From positions 873,955 through 937,954 of the forward strand of contig NW_003314275.1 in assembly GCF_000143415.4 (NCBI RefSeq): a DNA stretch of 64,000 nucleotides, in the 5' to 3' direction. The position numbers were made by a program, and so were the translations under genes. Under the pieces are notes generated by a model that worked only from the letters and a program-made list of their open reading frames with translations, was not told the origin of the DNA and ran no database searches. This DNA is from Selaginella moellendorffii (Eukaryota > Plantae > Lycopodiophyta). Positions 63,476-64,000 of the stretch are shown here, piece after piece (position 1 is the stretch's first letter; the number at the start of each line of letters is the position of its first letter).

Positions 63476-64000
63476 CTAGGCTTCCCAAGCATCACTGTCG
63501 CGAACAGGGCCGCCACCTCCAAAGAATGGTCGCATGTAAGAATCATCGAAGCCTCTCCACAGACTATGCACCGCCGAGGTTGGATTGGCGAGAAGCATGC
63601 TGAGGCTGCTGCGCCGGAGAAAGATTGACGAGCCATCTTCGTTTGCTTCTTCGCAAGATTCGTCTTTCGGGGACGAAGGCTCCAAATGCCGTAAGTGGTG
63701 AGGGAGTAGTGTTGCAATCAGCGGTTTTGTGACAACTCCCACCACCTTATAGAAAACGAAGTTAGCAAGTCTTGTCAGTTCCAGGAAGAAAATTTTACGT
63801 ACCAAGGTTGTGAAGAGTACTACTCCAGTTGTGCTATAGATCATGGTTGCATAGTCCGTGTTCATGGTTCCACTTGACGTTGAGAACTGAGAAAACAAAG
63901 AAAATGGTGATGATCTTTTCTGATTAGATGATCATTTCTGATTAGATGCTTGTGTACCTGCTGGTACGCAAGGGCGATGGAGACTGCTCCCCGCATTATC
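63476..64000 (-). CDS. NHX: Vacuolar-type Na+(K+)/H+ exchanger, 3' exons only (continues beyond the window)
   Basis: MRGAVSIALAY, STTGVVLFTTL, TKPLI, SLSMLLANPTSAVHSLWRGFDDSYMRPFFGG. Confidence 0.92.

Overview
Eukaryotic, gene-dense land-plant nuclear DNA with very short introns (mostly 50-80 nt), intronless PPR genes and tiny intergenic gaps. This fits a lycophyte such as Selaginella moellendorffii (inference). The first ~15 kb is a rearranged, decaying region. It holds a ~6 kb-period tandem duplication with two intact F-box genes, two more decayed F-box copies, pseudogenes of an At4g24610-like family and of a METTL13-like methyltransferase, an old ~2 kb foldback palindrome, and a filler segment copied from two genes 12-15 kb away. 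From 15 to 64 kb the genes are, in order: P-type PPR, WW-domain DEAD-box helicase (RH14/DRH1 clade), RecX, MCA channel, LBD/AS2-like TF, SPARK/GPI protein, VHA-G, PPR pseudogene, orphan alpha-helical repeat protein, PLS-DYW PPR, alpha carbonic anhydrase, trihelix TF, cornichon, RLCK-like pseudokinase, LTPG, PLS-E PPR, ALP1/HARBI1-like protein, NAC TF, agmatine deiminase and the 3' end of an NHX antiporter. The best leads are: a structured RNA element in the one long intron of the helicase; a TGATG stop-start overlap joining the ALP1-like ORF to a PPR ORF; a 31-bp gap between NHX and AIH; and an orphan protein with an internal duplication lying head-to-head with a DYW editing factor. Family assignments come from motif recall, not database searches, and exon boundaries were read by eye.
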